Notes under the pieces: generated by a model
Seen by the model: the letters and a program-made list of their open reading frames with translations, nothing else
The model's database searches: none
Told to the model about the DNA's origin: nothing
Shown: positions 33,201 to 46,800 of the stretch, piece by piece
How positions within the stretch are numbered: position 1 is the first letter of the stretch
Layout of the letters: each line of letters starts with the position of its first letter
From: Balanoglossus misakiensis
Lineage: Eukaryota; Animalia; Hemichordata
Reading direction: 5' to 3'
NCBI GenBank assembly: GCA_040954595.2
Contig: CM082576.2
Coordinates: 14,201,129-14,265,128 of the forward strand
DNA length: 64,000 nt
Position numbers and translations under genes: made by a program

Positions 33201-35905
33201 ATTTTTTGGCCTAAAGAGAAGAAAACAGATATTGCTCTTTGGAGAGGCTAACCGGAGCAACATGCAATCTAGACAGACAGACATAGCTACATAAGAATAA
33301 CATGAAATACTCCATGTTCCAACTAAATATAAAATTTACAGGGCTAAAATTAACGCAAAAGAAATCAGAAAAAGGGTCAAAGTTGAATGGTGCAGTTTTT
33401 GAAGGATGTACGCAAAGAAAGAAAGAAATCGAAAAAAGGCGTTCCTGAATATATTAAAGCTGCGATTGGAATATATATAAAAACATGATTTTTATAATTA
33501 TATGGACATTATTACACGTTAAAACTAACCTGAGCAATCCTGTCCATCAAGCATGTAGCCGGCATCACAAATACACAAATATGAACCATACGTATTTACA
33601 CAAATTTGGTCACAAACATCAAAAGTACATTCATCAGTATCTTAGAGATAAAAAACGACATTTTATTAGAGTTGGTCAAATATGTCTTATTACCAATTAT
33701 TAATTAAAAACAAAATCAAAATCAAGCAAATTGAAGTGGCCTTCTGTCGTAGCTTAATTATCTGGCTAAAATGTTGTGAGTTTGAACGAAATGTGAATAT
33801 TGTCTCTACATTATAAAATACAAAATAACCACTCAACGTAATGTTATCATGTGATCAAAGCATGTGGCACATTTAAGAAAATTAATGTGACACATAATAA
33901 CAAGCATTTGAACATTCTTACCCTCACAGAGCCTTTGATCATCACTTAAGATAAAGCCAGTCTCACAGGAGCAATAATAGCTTCCTATCGTATTGGTACA
34001 GATCTGGCTACAACCATGTGAATCTGAGCATTCATCAATATCTGGAATAACAACAGCGTGACTATTAATTTTCAGCATAGTTCAAATATGAAAATACACG
34101 TAAAAGAAAAAAGTTGAACACTAATGCAATGGTAATAAACTTTTACACCAAATGTTCAATAACACAGTATTAGTAGAAATTGAGAAACTAGCTGTGGTCA
34201 AACAAAATTGGATTTTTGGTGTACTATATGGATCCCGAGAGGGGTTGGGGTACTTCGAAAATTCGTACGAGAGTCTGCCGCCCAAGTTGGACCCATGTTT
34301 AGGGATTTTTCCGCGACAACGTGACCCGTCCAGGCGGCACCTACCCGTATACCTATGGGAGCACCCCAGTATATGGATTAAATAAACTGAAATTTTTTAC
34401 ATGATTTGGGCAATGTAGCATCAAGTTGAATTCCTTTTAAGTTTGGATAAAGTTTTTAAACATAGGCTGATTTGCATAACAAAGAGACAAAATTACATGG
34501 TCGGTCACATTTCTCACCATGACGTGTATCCAGTAATAAGTGTCAGCAAAAGACAGGCAAAACCTGTCTTAAAGAGGGCATTATAGTCAAAATCGCCGTG
34601 TTAATTGACGGGCCCCTTGAGCGAATCTGAAATTACTGCACCTTGGATAACTTGATGCATGTATTCTTTGCACATTATTTGAAATTGGGGACCGTTCAGT
34701 TTTTTACGACTGGGGGGAGGGGCGGCAAAATCCAGGGGAGAGGTCACTTAAATTTTGAAATCCAAAAGGGGGAGTCATCTTTTTTGAAACGTTTAGAGGG
34801 GGTCACATACTTTTGCCCCCCCCCCAACTTTTGCTTTTGAGTCCACAAAATTGCAGTTAACACTGCATTAACACTGCATACCTTTACACGGCGGGTTTTG
34901 GCGCCTTGAAATTATTTTGTACTACCGTTCCGTACGTTTTTTTTAGTACAAGCCAACTTCTATTGTTCTCGGTGCTAGTATTATAATTGATAGTATCGGT
35001 ATAGACATTAATATTATGCTGATGGCCCTGAATGCAATAAATCAATGTGAATTACTCGATGAAAAACCAAGGGTCATACCATTGCATGTCGTTCCATCCA
35101 GTGAATCAATGAGATAACCAGCTTGGCATGAACATTGGAAGTTACCGACAGTGTTGGTACATATTTGTTGACAACCACCATTATCTGTTTCACATTCATT
35201 TACATCTGCGCCATACATCATAACGGAATAAAAATAATGGTTTCAATTAATTTCACTGGTTCTATACATATCTTGGTACAGTAAGCTTATTGACGTACCA
35301 GAATCTCTAGTTGGCACGCATTTCCACCATTATCTCTGTCGCACTTGTCTATTTCTTCTAGATGGTGTAAACCGATATAGGGTAAAATGTACAGGCTTTC
35401 AGTCATGGACCAGAATATTTTCGACCGAGGGTAAAATTATGTAAACATAGTATATACTGTTTGAAGAAAAATAATAGTTACTCACCTTTACAAGATAAGC
35501 CATCCGAAAGGAGCATATAACCTTGAAAGCACGAACAAAAATAACCACCGCGTGTGTTCCGGCAAATCTGTTGGCAATCATTGTTACCACCAACACACTC
35601 ATTGTCATCTATGGGACAGAGAAAAACATTTGAATACCTTAATTGTGTCGAGAAGCCCTTCAAGCAATGCCTAAATAAACAGCACACACACGCACAATCA
35701 TCTTTCCACCACCAGTCATAATACAAACACAACATGCATTAGCCATTCATTTCAACCATCCAGACAACACACTACGAAATGTCTAAATAATCTAAAGAAA
35801 CCTAGAATCACGAGACATGTACATGTACATGTACCATTCTGTCCGCAGAACACCCGACGAAGTCTAATTTTTCAGACGAAACGTTGTGCTCAAATAAAGA
35901 ATAAC

Positions 35906-35999
<94 letters not shown>

Positions 36000-38900
36000 C
36001 TCAAATGATTGGTATATCAATGAATAAATCTATCATTGCACAGACTTACACGAGGGTTAAATATTACATGTACCTAGACAAGTTTTGCCATCCGTACTTA
36101 ATTGGTAACCATTTCTGCATGAACAATAATAACTACCAGCGGTATTGTTACATCCATGGTCACATCCACCATTTCCTGTACTGCATTCATTGATATCTGT
36201 ATATTGATGTAGAAAAGGAAAGCAAAGTAATTTAAAACATCATAGCGTTAATCATGTATATTATTGCTACAATGTTACTATAGATGGAATAGAGATGATT
36301 TGGCAATGTGTTGATGTAATACAACCAAAGGAAACATCCTGACTGCTTTTGCTCTTAAAATTGTGTAGTAAGCAAAGTATTATGATTTGCTAATCAATGA
36401 AATTCACTAAAAGAGATTCATTAAATATATTTTTAACAACATTGGACAGATAACTTGGTGCATTACGTGACCACTTAACATTATACGCTGGACCCCAATG
36501 ATTTGCCACCTTTACGGTTTGTTATTCTTACATATGGTTCGCAAAAAAAATATCGGAAAGTCCCCACGTGCGGCGCGTTTTATAACATTTTAAAAATAAA
36601 ACGGAAACGCCAATTATCGGAAGATAAGAACTAATTACGTACTTTTTGACCTAACTATTATGGGCAAAGAAACATTTTTGAATCATGTCTCAAAACAAAA
36701 GCACAACGGAAAATTCGCCATTACCTTCGCAAGAACGTCTGTCAGACAGAAGCAGATATCCGCTGTCACATCCGCATGAAAAACTTCCTATTGTATTCGA
36801 ACAAGCGTGGTCACAACCGCCATTTGAAGACTGACATTCATTGATATCTACGGAGATAAATGCAAATGCAAATAGGGGGTTAACAAGCATTTCACAAATA
36901 ATAAACTATATCTTTCATATGTGGAAACTGGGATGTTCTAAAGCAAATTCCATATGCCCTAATTTTAACATCAATTCACATTTGCCCTTCGAAAAATCAT
37001 TTTCATACCTGGCACTAAGACTTGCTATGTTTATTTACACGTTTCAGGTAGTCTGGAGGGCTTGACAAAAAATTTTCAATCGCAATTATTCAAAGCTCCA
37101 TACATTCCCGTATCACTAACACTTCCCTTTCCAAATAATGTATTAAAGCAAATGTTCAGAACATGAGTTTGAAGAGTTTGATAATCTATTTTTTTTCCAA
37201 ACGTACAATATACTTCTGGTCCATGAGCCAGAGGCCGCCCCCGGAATAATGCAGTTGTTAGAATCGAGTTGTTTGCACTCATATTAATGGTGGGTGTGGC
37301 CGTGAGGAGCTGTTGTCATGGTAACGATAGCAAAATTTTAGGGGTATTTAGACAGTTGAAAATGAGACATTTCAGGTTCTGAGAATGCATGAGATAAAAC
37401 TCAGACATTAGTTTTATTAATTATAATATACCTCATGCTAATACTGTGTCGTGATTCGCCAGGATCCGTCACGTGATAGGAAAATAGAATGGACTGTGAA
37501 TCCCGCGGGAAATTTGGCTGGTACCCCGCCTCGGTGACAAACACCGCCACATTTAGAATTGTGGAATCTGATTGGCTAATAAATGAACGTTCTATTACTT
37601 CCGGGTCAGATTCAATCTGTCGCGTTTCTTGACAATCATTTTTACCCGATCCCGAATACATATATTTAAAAAAAAATCAACAGTTTATGATGGAATTGAA
37701 GCTGAAATCAATGCAACAGACATGTGCATTAGCCCACTTCCGGAGTGTCAAAAAACTAACACATTACAAAATGGCGGATGGCAGTTATCTGCGTGTTTCT
37801 TCCCCCCTCTACTGTCTATGGTTCAGCGAAGCGGGAAATAGCAGAAAAAATATAAACCGGTCACGTGACCAACGTGAGTTCACAGAATCGGGTCGCGTCA
37901 ATCAGCGTCGCGTCGGCTGACACAATGGCTATAACACGACGAATTCAGAAAACAACGAAAGTTACTTGTTTTGTCAGCGCGGCCTCATTGTTGACAACGG
38001 AAATTTTGTAACAATGTAGACTGATGATATTTTCATTGACTTTTCGGGAAGAAATTGCAACATATTAATTACTGGGGAAAAACAACTTTTTTGACTCGTG
38101 TCGTAAAACGACAGGACGACGAAAAGTGCTCCATTACCTTCGCAAGAACGTCTGTCAGACAGGAGCAGATATCCGCTGTTACAACGACATGAAAAACTCC
38201 CCATTGTATTCGTACACACGTGTTCACAGCCGCCATTTGAAGACTGACATTCATTGATATCTGTGAAGATAAGTGATATCTCTATAAGTCGAGACAAAAT
38301 GCAAATAATGGGTCAACAAACATTTCACTACAAGTAAACCATTCCATTCATATGTGAAAACGAGAATCGTCTACAGCAAATTCCAGCGCAGGGTGTTTAT
38401 GGTTTATGATGATAACAATTTTACACTCCTAATTTCCTAACTTCCGACATTACAATCCTTTTCTCTTCAAAAAGGCATCAATTTCATAAAAGCAATATTA
38501 TGCGCATTTATACGTTTCGGGTTAAGTGATAAGTTTATAGCAACAACTTTTAGTCGAATAATTGTTCATCTATACTTTCCACTTAGAAACTAAATAATAC
38601 AAAAAGTATACAGATCATATGTTTGGGGAATTGGAAAACTAGTTCTTCAAAAATTATCTGAAACATATCGTATCTTTTACTTCGTATAAATAGCATGTTA
38701 AGAGTCTGTGCAAGGAGGTGTAATACTATAGTAACGATAACACGGGGGCAACATAGATATAGAGTAAACAGAATATACCATTGTCGCAACAAGTTCCCTG
38801 CCAACCCGGAATGCACGAACACGAACGAGATAACGGTATACCATGTCCATGACAACCTGGATTGTTGCAATACCTGGAGTCGGACAAACTGTAAGGGCAA

Positions 38901-39127
38901 TGACCTCCGCAACTCGCCGGCTTGGTGATGAATCGTGTTCTGCGTTGCGTCCCATCTGTACCACAAGCAGTCGAACATGATGACCAACTGGTCCAGTCAC
39001 TGACTGAACAGTCTACTGCACTACATGATCGTCGGCGTCGGCGGCGGCCCCAAAATGCGTTTGTCGACCATATCATGCATACGAACATTATGGTCATCAA
39101 AATGACGAACTTTCTCTTTTTCCCCAT
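21204..39127 (-). CDS. Giant mosaic extracellular/membrane protein: SP, TSP1, EGF and cbEGF array, unknown regions, helical hairpin, 2 x Ig, Ephrin_rec_like, probable TM
   Basis: Exons: 38779-39127 (SP, RRRRRR, TSP1, EGF); twelve phase-1 EGF exons (38138-38260, 36725-36847, 36074-36196, 35486-35608, 35080-35205, 33922-34041, 33530-33640, 32912-33034, 32431-32550, 31997-32119, 31595-31717, 30477-30599); 28963-30332; 28661-28811; 23691-27539; 23233-23394 (CPYGTYQ...C..CP Ephrin_rec_like); probable last exon 21204-21379 ([12 protein letters not shown]...). The exon(s) between 23233 and 21379 are not resolved. Confidence 0.82.
23691..27539 (-). CDS. 3.85-kb single exon of the giant gene (helical region, beta-rich region, coiled-coil/Cys-loop hairpin, furin site, two Ig domains)
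   Basis: The 1274-aa ORF extends upstream in frame to an AG acceptor at 27540 and ends at a GTAAGA donor at 23690. Ig motifs: '[11 protein letters not shown]...WYKDG...GWYYCQA' and '[15 protein letters not shown]...GFYTCEASN'. Confidence 0.9.
35906..35995. repeat. (GA)n microsatellite
   Basis: Directly visible in the sequence. Confidence 0.95.
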
Positions 39128-39264
39128 CTCAGTTTGAGTGTAAATTCCACAAAATCAATGCACCATTCTGTTTAAAAGATACAATAGCTTGAAAGAGTTA
39201 AAACACGATGCAGTATGATGTTTGATCGTACAGTTTGCATGTCACAGGCTTACTATATCCTAAT

Positions 39265-39332
39265 TTCATTAATTAATTAATAAATTAATTAATTAATCAG
39301 TTAGTCAGTCAGTCAGTCAGTTAGTTAGTTAA

Positions 39333-39363
<31 letters not shown>

Positions 39364-39385
39364 CTATAGTCAGTCAGTCAGTTAG
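39265..39385. repeat. (TTAA)/(TCAG)/(TTAG) compound tetranucleotide repeat
   Basis: Directly visible in the sequence. Confidence 0.85.
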
Positions 39386-39707
39386 AATTATTGAGGACGG
39401 GTATAGTTGTACCTACTAATGTGTTCTGCCGACCAGTGAGATGGAAACCTTTGATCACTGGCAGGTCACAACAAGACGGCTTGTCATACACAAAAAAAAA
39501 CAGTCAGCTAGAATGATCAACAATAAATTGTATTCAATAAGCACCACTGGGTGAAAAGATACAATTTACAATGCGTCTTAAAGCATTGGTGGTGTTACGA
39601 TCTGTATAAAGGTCAAATATGATTTTAAAGGTCGATTAATCCAGAATCTCTACTGTCTATGGTTTATGGGCTCAGTGTTTACACACTTATCTACCATTGG
39701 AAACTGA

Positions 39708-42700
39708 TAGACCATGAGCCAGTAGGGGTTTACCTCCCCCCCCCCGGGGGAATTTTCGAGACAATGTTTTTCTGAAAGCCTATCATATACTGAGTAAAAT
39801 TCACTTTGTTTGCCATCTGGGCACCGGGGCGTTTTCGAGTTATTGGCTTTTAAATTATATTGGGTAACGTATGTAGAAAAGCCTAAAAGTGCATATAAAT
39901 TGACGTAGGGGGGTAAATTAGTCTTGTAAAATACTGTCTCTCTGAATGTATACCTAGAACAACAGGGAAGTATTTGGTATCAAAAGAAAGCTTAATAAAC
40001 AAGCTTTCCATTAATTACAAAATTAAAGTGATATGACAAATCATGACATCATAGTGACGTCATACGTCAAAATACCCTTACGAAAATGGTGTTCTGTTCA
40101 CCTATAATTTGCATAAATGTGAGGTTTTGCAAAACACGTCTCTGAGCAATTGTACTGATGAAAACTGTGATGTGTTTGGTATCAACAGAAAGCTGATTGA
40201 GTAAAGTATCTAATTATTGCAAAATATTGATATAATAATCAATTACGTCATCATTACGTCATACTTCCAAGTACCCTTACCAATTAGTGACTATGATGAC
40301 AAGTTATTACCCTAGGAGATAGGTGCCTTTAAATAAAAAAATTGGTAAGGAAGGTTTGTGAAGTCCATTCTATGTAAAAAATGGTGCTGATTCCAAAAAA
40401 GGCAGTCTTATTGACCCCACCCAAGACAAAATTGCCATTTTGGCACTTTTTAACCCAAAAAAAGGTCATTTTTAGAAAACACTAAAAACACACTGTTTTC
40501 GTCACATTCGAAGATCTGATGACATATGATATGCCTATTCTATGTAAAATTTGGTTGATATTACGAAAAAAGCAGTCTAACTGACCCCACCTAAGACAAA
40601 ATTGCCGTTTTGGCACTTTTTAACCCAAAAAAGGTCATTTTTAAAAAAACACTAAAAACACACTGTTTTCGTCACATTCGAAGATCTGATGACATATGAT
40701 ATGCCTATTCTATGTAAAGTTTGGTTGATATTACGAAAAAAGCAGTCTAACTGACCCCACCTAAGACAAAATTGCCGTTTTGGCACTTTTTAACCCAAAA
40801 AAGGTCATTTTTAAAAAAACACTAAAAACACACTGTTTTCATCACATTCGAAGATCTGATGACATATGATATGCTTATTCTATGTAAAATTTGGTTGATA
40901 TTACAAAAAAAGCAGTCTGACTGACCCCAAACGAGACAGAATTGCCTTTTGGACCATTTTTTGCCCAAAAACGTCATTTTTAGACAAAACTTAAAACACA
41001 CTCTTCTCTTCATATTGATTGATTTGATGATATATGGAAAGTCAATTCTATGTGTAAATTGGTGACTATAAAACATAAAGCAGTCTTTTTGACCCCAATC
41101 AATACAAAAATGCCATTTTTGGCCACATTTTTGAGGTCAAATAAGGTCATTTTTACAAAAAAACTAAAAACAAACTGTTTTCTTCATATTCAGAGATCAT
41201 GTGATATAATATAATTTCTGATTTTGTATTCAGAACGAAGAGGATAAATGTTAACAATCTATCCGGAGCTGGTATAGATGTACTTAAAAAAATTATACCA
41301 TGTATAACCGACTTATAGTATACAGTGTGAATACATGGATCGTCTCGTTTTATTGTTGAGTTCCATTTTAGGCTAAATGTGCCTTTCAATATCATCAATT
41401 CAACTGATATCATATGGTATGACATTTTAAATATGCAAATATAACATCAAAACTCAAAAGGCAAAAAACACCAATTATTTTGTTTTCTGAAAAAGACAAT
41501 TGTTGACTAGAAGATGGCTTAGTGGCAATTTTGTATTGAGTGGGGTCTTAATAAGACTGTTGTGTTGGTATCAGCATATTTTTTGCAAAAAATGGACTTT
41601 CCATTCATAATCAAACATTTAAATACGAAGAAAACAGCTTGTTTTCATTTTTTCTTGAAATGACCTTTTTGACCAAAAATGGCCAAAATGACAATTTTGT
41701 AGGGCTGAAAAGAATTTTTTTTTTGGGAATCGGCTCCCATTCAACAAAAATGGACCTTCTCCGTACATCATAAGATCTGAAAATAAAGAAAGAAGTTTTC
41801 AAACAGTTACCTTTTTTGAGCAAAGTGGCCAAAATGGCATTTTTTCCCTCTGTGGAGTCAGTAAGAGTGCTTTTTTGGAAAAATCGCTACTTTTAAGATA
41901 GAATGGACTTTTATTTATTATTAGATCACCAAAGGGAAACAAATAGCATGTTTTTAGTATTTTCTAAAAATGACCCTTTTTGGGCAAAAAGTATTTTCAT
42001 CTTCATTGAGATCAATAAGATTGCTTTTTCTAGAGTCAACAGCAATTTTTCAATAAATGGACTTTTCATACATGATCAAATTTCCAAATATAAAGAAAAA
42101 CGTTTGCTTATTTCTTAAAATGGCCTTTTTGGGCAAAAACTTGCCAAAAAACGCACTTTAATCTTGAGTGGCGCCAATAAACCTACTTTTTTGAATACCT
42201 ACCAAATTTTACACAAGGTGGGTATACAATACATTATCAGATCTACGAAAGTGAAGAAAATATATAAGTTTTGAGTGTTTTCTAAAAATGACATTTTTGG
42301 GGCAAAAAGTGGCAAAAATGGCACATTTGCCTTGAGTGGGGGTTAATAAGGCTGCTATTTCTGGAATCAGAACTATTTTACATAGCATAAACTTTTCATA
42401 TATCACATGATCTCTGAATATGAAGAAAACAGTTTGTTTTTAGTTTTTTTGTAAAAATGACCTTATTTGACCTCAAAAATGTGGCCAAAAATGGCATTTT
42501 TGTATTGATTGGGGTCAAAAAGACTGCTTTATGTTTTATAGTCACCAATTTACACATAGAATTGACTTTCCATATATCATCAAATCAATCAATATGAAGA
42601 GAAGAGTGTGTTTTAAGTTTTGTCTAAAAATGACGTTTTTGGGCAAAAAATGGTCCAAAAGGCAATTCTGTCTCGTTTGGGGTCAGTCAGACTGCTTTTT

Positions 42701-43897
42701 TTGTAATATCAACCAAATTTTACATAGAATAAGCATATCATATGTCATCAGATCTTCGAATGTGATGAAAACAGTGTGTTTTTAGTGTTTTTTTAAAAAT
42801 GACCTTTTTTGGGTTAAAAAGTGCCAAAACGGCAATTTTGTCTTAGGTGGGGTCAGTTAGACTGCTTTTTTCGTAATATCAACCAAACTTTACATAGAAT
42901 AGGCATATCATATGTCATCAGATCTTCGAATGTGACGAAAACAGTGTGTTTTTAGTGTTTTTTTAAAAATGACCTTTTTTGGGTTAAAAAGTGCCAAAAC
43001 GGCAATTTTGTCTTAGGTGGGGTCAGTTAGACTGCTTTTTTCGTAATATCAACCAAATTTTACATAGAATAGGCATATCATATGTCATCAGATCTTCGAA
43101 TGTGACGAAAACAGTGTGTTTTTAGTGTTTTCTAAAAATGACCTTTTTTTGGGTTAAAAAGTGCCAAAATGGCAATTTTGTCTTGGGTGGGGTCAATAAG
43201 ACTGCCTTTTTTGGAATCAGCACCATTTTTTACATAGAATGGACTTCACAAACCTTCCTTACCAATTTTTTTATTTAAAGGCACCTATCTCCTAGGGTAA
43301 TAACTTGTCATCATAGTCACTAATTGGTAAGGGTACTTGGAAGTATGACGTAATGATGACGTAATTGATTATTATATCAATATTTTGCAATAATTAGATA
43401 CTTTACTCAATCAGCTTTCTGTTGATACCAAACACATCACAGTTTTCATCAGTACAATTGCTCAGAGACGTGTTTTGCAAAACCTCACATTTATGCAAAT
43501 TATAGGTGAACAGAACACCATTTTCGTAAGGGTATTTTGACTTATGACGTCACTATGATGTCATGATTTGTCATATCACTTTTATTTTGTAATTAATGGA
43601 AAGCTTGTTTATTTAGCTTTCTTTTGATACCAAATACATCCCTGTTGTTCGAGGTATACGTTCAGAGAGACAGCATTTTACAAGACTAATTTACCCCCCT
43701 ACGTCAATTTATACGCACTTTTAGGCTTTCCTACATACGTTACCCAATATAATTTAGAAGCCAATAACTCGAAAACGCCCCGGTGCCCAGATGGCAAACA
43801 AAGTGAATTTTACTCAGTATATGATAGGCTTTCAGAAAAACATTGTCTCGAAAATTCCCCCGGGGGGGGAGGTAAACCCCTACTGGCTCATGGTCTA
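39708..43897. mobile_element. Non-autonomous foldback-type DNA transposon with about 1.5-kb terminal inverted repeats (Academ-like termini)
   Basis: 39708-41208 is the near-exact reverse complement of 42399-43897; the identical 84-aa ORFs at 40822(-) and 42531(+) reflect this. Termini are TAGACC...GGTCTA, flanked by TGA on both sides (39705-39707, 43898-43900). No transposase ORF is present. Confidence 0.9.
40380..43240. repeat. 170-bp tandem subrepeats inside the foldback element, in both orientations
   Basis: 'ttac(g/a)aaaaaagcagtct' recurs at 40561, 40731 and 40901 (period 170) and is mirrored at about 42700-43240. Degenerate copies continue through about 41520-42400. Confidence 0.85.
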
Positions 43898-46800
43898 TGA
43901 CTATCAGGCTTGTAATTCATCTCAGGCGCATGCTCTAAATCAGTGACGTCAGACTTGTACCCCTCACATTGTTGATATGGTCTCCTTGACAACCCGTCTG
44001 AGTCTGACGGAAAATGTTGTTTTTGAAAGAATAATCGTTATTATATTTCAAAAACTTTCTATAAGCCGAGAATGGTATTTTAGACTAGTGCGTCTATAAA
44101 AACAGCAAGGGCGGAGATGGCCGGCTCGAGGCACAAGCGATGCATGACGGTCGACGTGCGTATGACATTTGATATTATATATGACAATATTAGAAAACTA
44201 TTTACCAAACTTCTCCCTCTCTTTACTTTGTGGATAGTTTCAGCACTTCTCAGCATGTTGTTTTTTATGTTCGATGCTGCAACAAATATGCATCGCTTAA
44301 AGTGCCTCAAGTCGGCCATAATTGCTCGGAGATTTTTTCTATGTGATTTCCCCAGGCTCGCGAGGCTTTCTTCGGCCGGAAGAGAGCCCATTAATTCTGT
44401 AGAAAAATGTTCGTACAAATCTCTAGCTTTGACTGACTGACTGACTGACTGACTGGCTGACCGACTGAAGTTGGTGCTTAAAGTGTTTAATTGTCAGTAG
44501 CGTTAATTGTTTTACTTACCACCAGTACAATGTGCAGTGTCCAAAAGCCTTCTGAGTGGCTACAGGGCAATTCGCTATCCTTTTAAAGTGATGTTTCGTG
44601 TTTGTTGTGGCAAGTTGCCAGGGTCCCCAAACAGTTAGTAGACGATGAAATCACCAGTGACTCTTCCTATTCGTCGGTTACAACCTTTGAACTCGGGTTT
44701 AAACACTACAGCATTATGTTTCCCGTTCTTTCTGCCAGGATTTTTCTCTTCTGAAAAGCATTTCCAATCGCATTTACCTCTAACATCTAGAATCAAGGCT
44801 GAATTAGATTTCTCAGGGAAATGTTTATTTTAGATCATGGAAATAAGCTTTAGGTTGGTTACTGGGGTCAGGTATGTCCGGCATGTGGCTCAAGTGTTGT
44901 AAGGAGAATCACAGTGGAATTTAACGGTTTTAAACATGGATTACCGACCTTATTCAATGTATTTACAAATTATAAATATGAGTTTGTAAATATGAGTGTA
45001 ATATAATCCACCAAGATTCTTTCGTTATGTAATTTTGTATAAATTGCCTTTAAACACAGTTAAACTGTCTTACAAATCGTGAATTGTCACAATAGTCTGC
45101 TAACTTCTCGTATCTTGGTATTTTGAGTACGTACTTCCATGTACTTACATGTGCTGCTTGTGGTTCTTCAATTAGTTTATACCCTCCTTGCTTTTTGGCC
45201 GCAGACCTTGAAAAGCAATAAATTTGCACTGTTGTGTACCTGAACCGAGAAGTACAATGAATGATTAACCCTCAAGTGACCAATACACTCGTTTTTATCT
45301 TTCTAAAAAATCCAACAAATGCGAATATCCTTAGGCCAAATAAAAACGCATGTGCTGTTCCGATTACCCGACCCCCCTGAACTTTTTAAAGTTTCGTAAA
45401 CCGGAAGTAGAAATAACGATGTCAATTTATAAAAATAATTGCGATTATCACGCAAGAACTGTGACGTCATTATTCTGCACTGCGGTGGCCAAAGATATAA
45501 AAAATGCAAAATAAAAAAGATTCCCTACCTACCTACCCTATTTTCGAAAACCATGTAATCGGAAGAGCACGTATTTTTTATTTGGCCTTAACGTTCTGTG
45601 ACAGACAGCTTACAATCTCTGTGCAAATGGCCACTGCCGAGCTCAATTTTGATTCTGATGCACATTTTCACTAGATGAGTTTTGAGAAAGTATATGTATA
45701 CCGTGCTATGGACCCATTCTAGATACCAACAATTGGTAACGCTAGTGAGGAGTATCAGAAGTTCAAGATTATTCTTAATGTGTAAGTTGTTTACTTGTAA
45801 TTCTCGTGCACCTGGCGAATTTATTACCATATGTGATAAGATGACATGTCTGTTTTTGAAAATCCGTCGATCAGGACTCTTGTTTGTGTTAATACTTCTT
45901 CAGCAGTGACACAAAAACACAGAAGGTCATGTGTAAAGGTGATACGCAATCTAGTTTAATCCTGTGAAGTGATTTATTTTCCCACCTGCTGGGGCATTTT
46001 TACAATATTGTATCGATCAATACAGTTTGCATTTTCCAAACATTCCAAAATCACGCGACAGTGACACAATTAAGACGCCAGACTCAAATAAGTCATGTTG
46101 TTGCAGAACTCTTGCAATGTTGACATAACTCAAACAGATGCATCACGCCCAACACATTTGCAGTTAATATGACGATTTGAGTTGTTATTTACCGATTTCA
46201 ATAAGGTTACATCACTCACCCAATGTGTATTAGACTGCAGAGCAACCTCCTGAGTACCATCGTCTCAGGAATGTTTATGATATCTCCCCACCGCAATTAA
46301 TGACTTTGGCAATAAAATGTTTTTGAATTTGTGTCAGTGGCCAGAAGTTCCCGGTGATTGATTATCCCGCGAACTTTGTCACACTTTTGGTGACAAGTGC
46401 GTTTATATCTGTGCATACTAGTATTCTGTGCGGCCTAAAATTTACCTGAGGCATTTATCGCTGCACTATTGTAGCTATTTTATGGTTTGCTTGTCAGATG
46501 CATGTGCAGTGTAGCCGTTACCTGATAAAAACTCGAACCAACAGGAGGCTTCTCTGCTATATGCTATGCGCTAGTATACAATGGCACGGTAAAATTATAT
46601 GCATGATAAAATGCGCCCTCTTTTTGGTGAGGACACCACGTCTTTGAGACACACACAGGGACCCGCTTCTGTACGCCTCATTCAGTGAGGCTAAAACAAG
46701 ACTCTTAATGTCTTTCCAAAATTCTACTGTAAGCCCGTCAGAACCAGGTGATTAGTTTGGGGCCATACTATCTAGGGCATTCAAGCACTCGTTTTCTTCT

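Noticed and set aside
40822-42785. Two identical 84-aa ORFs on opposite strands
   Set aside because: A by-product of the inverted arms of the foldback element; no protein-like features.
46150-46335. Possible 3' remnant of a CR1/L2 LINE
   Set aside because: Only a vague resemblance, with no RT motifs; it cannot be supported without a repeat-library search.
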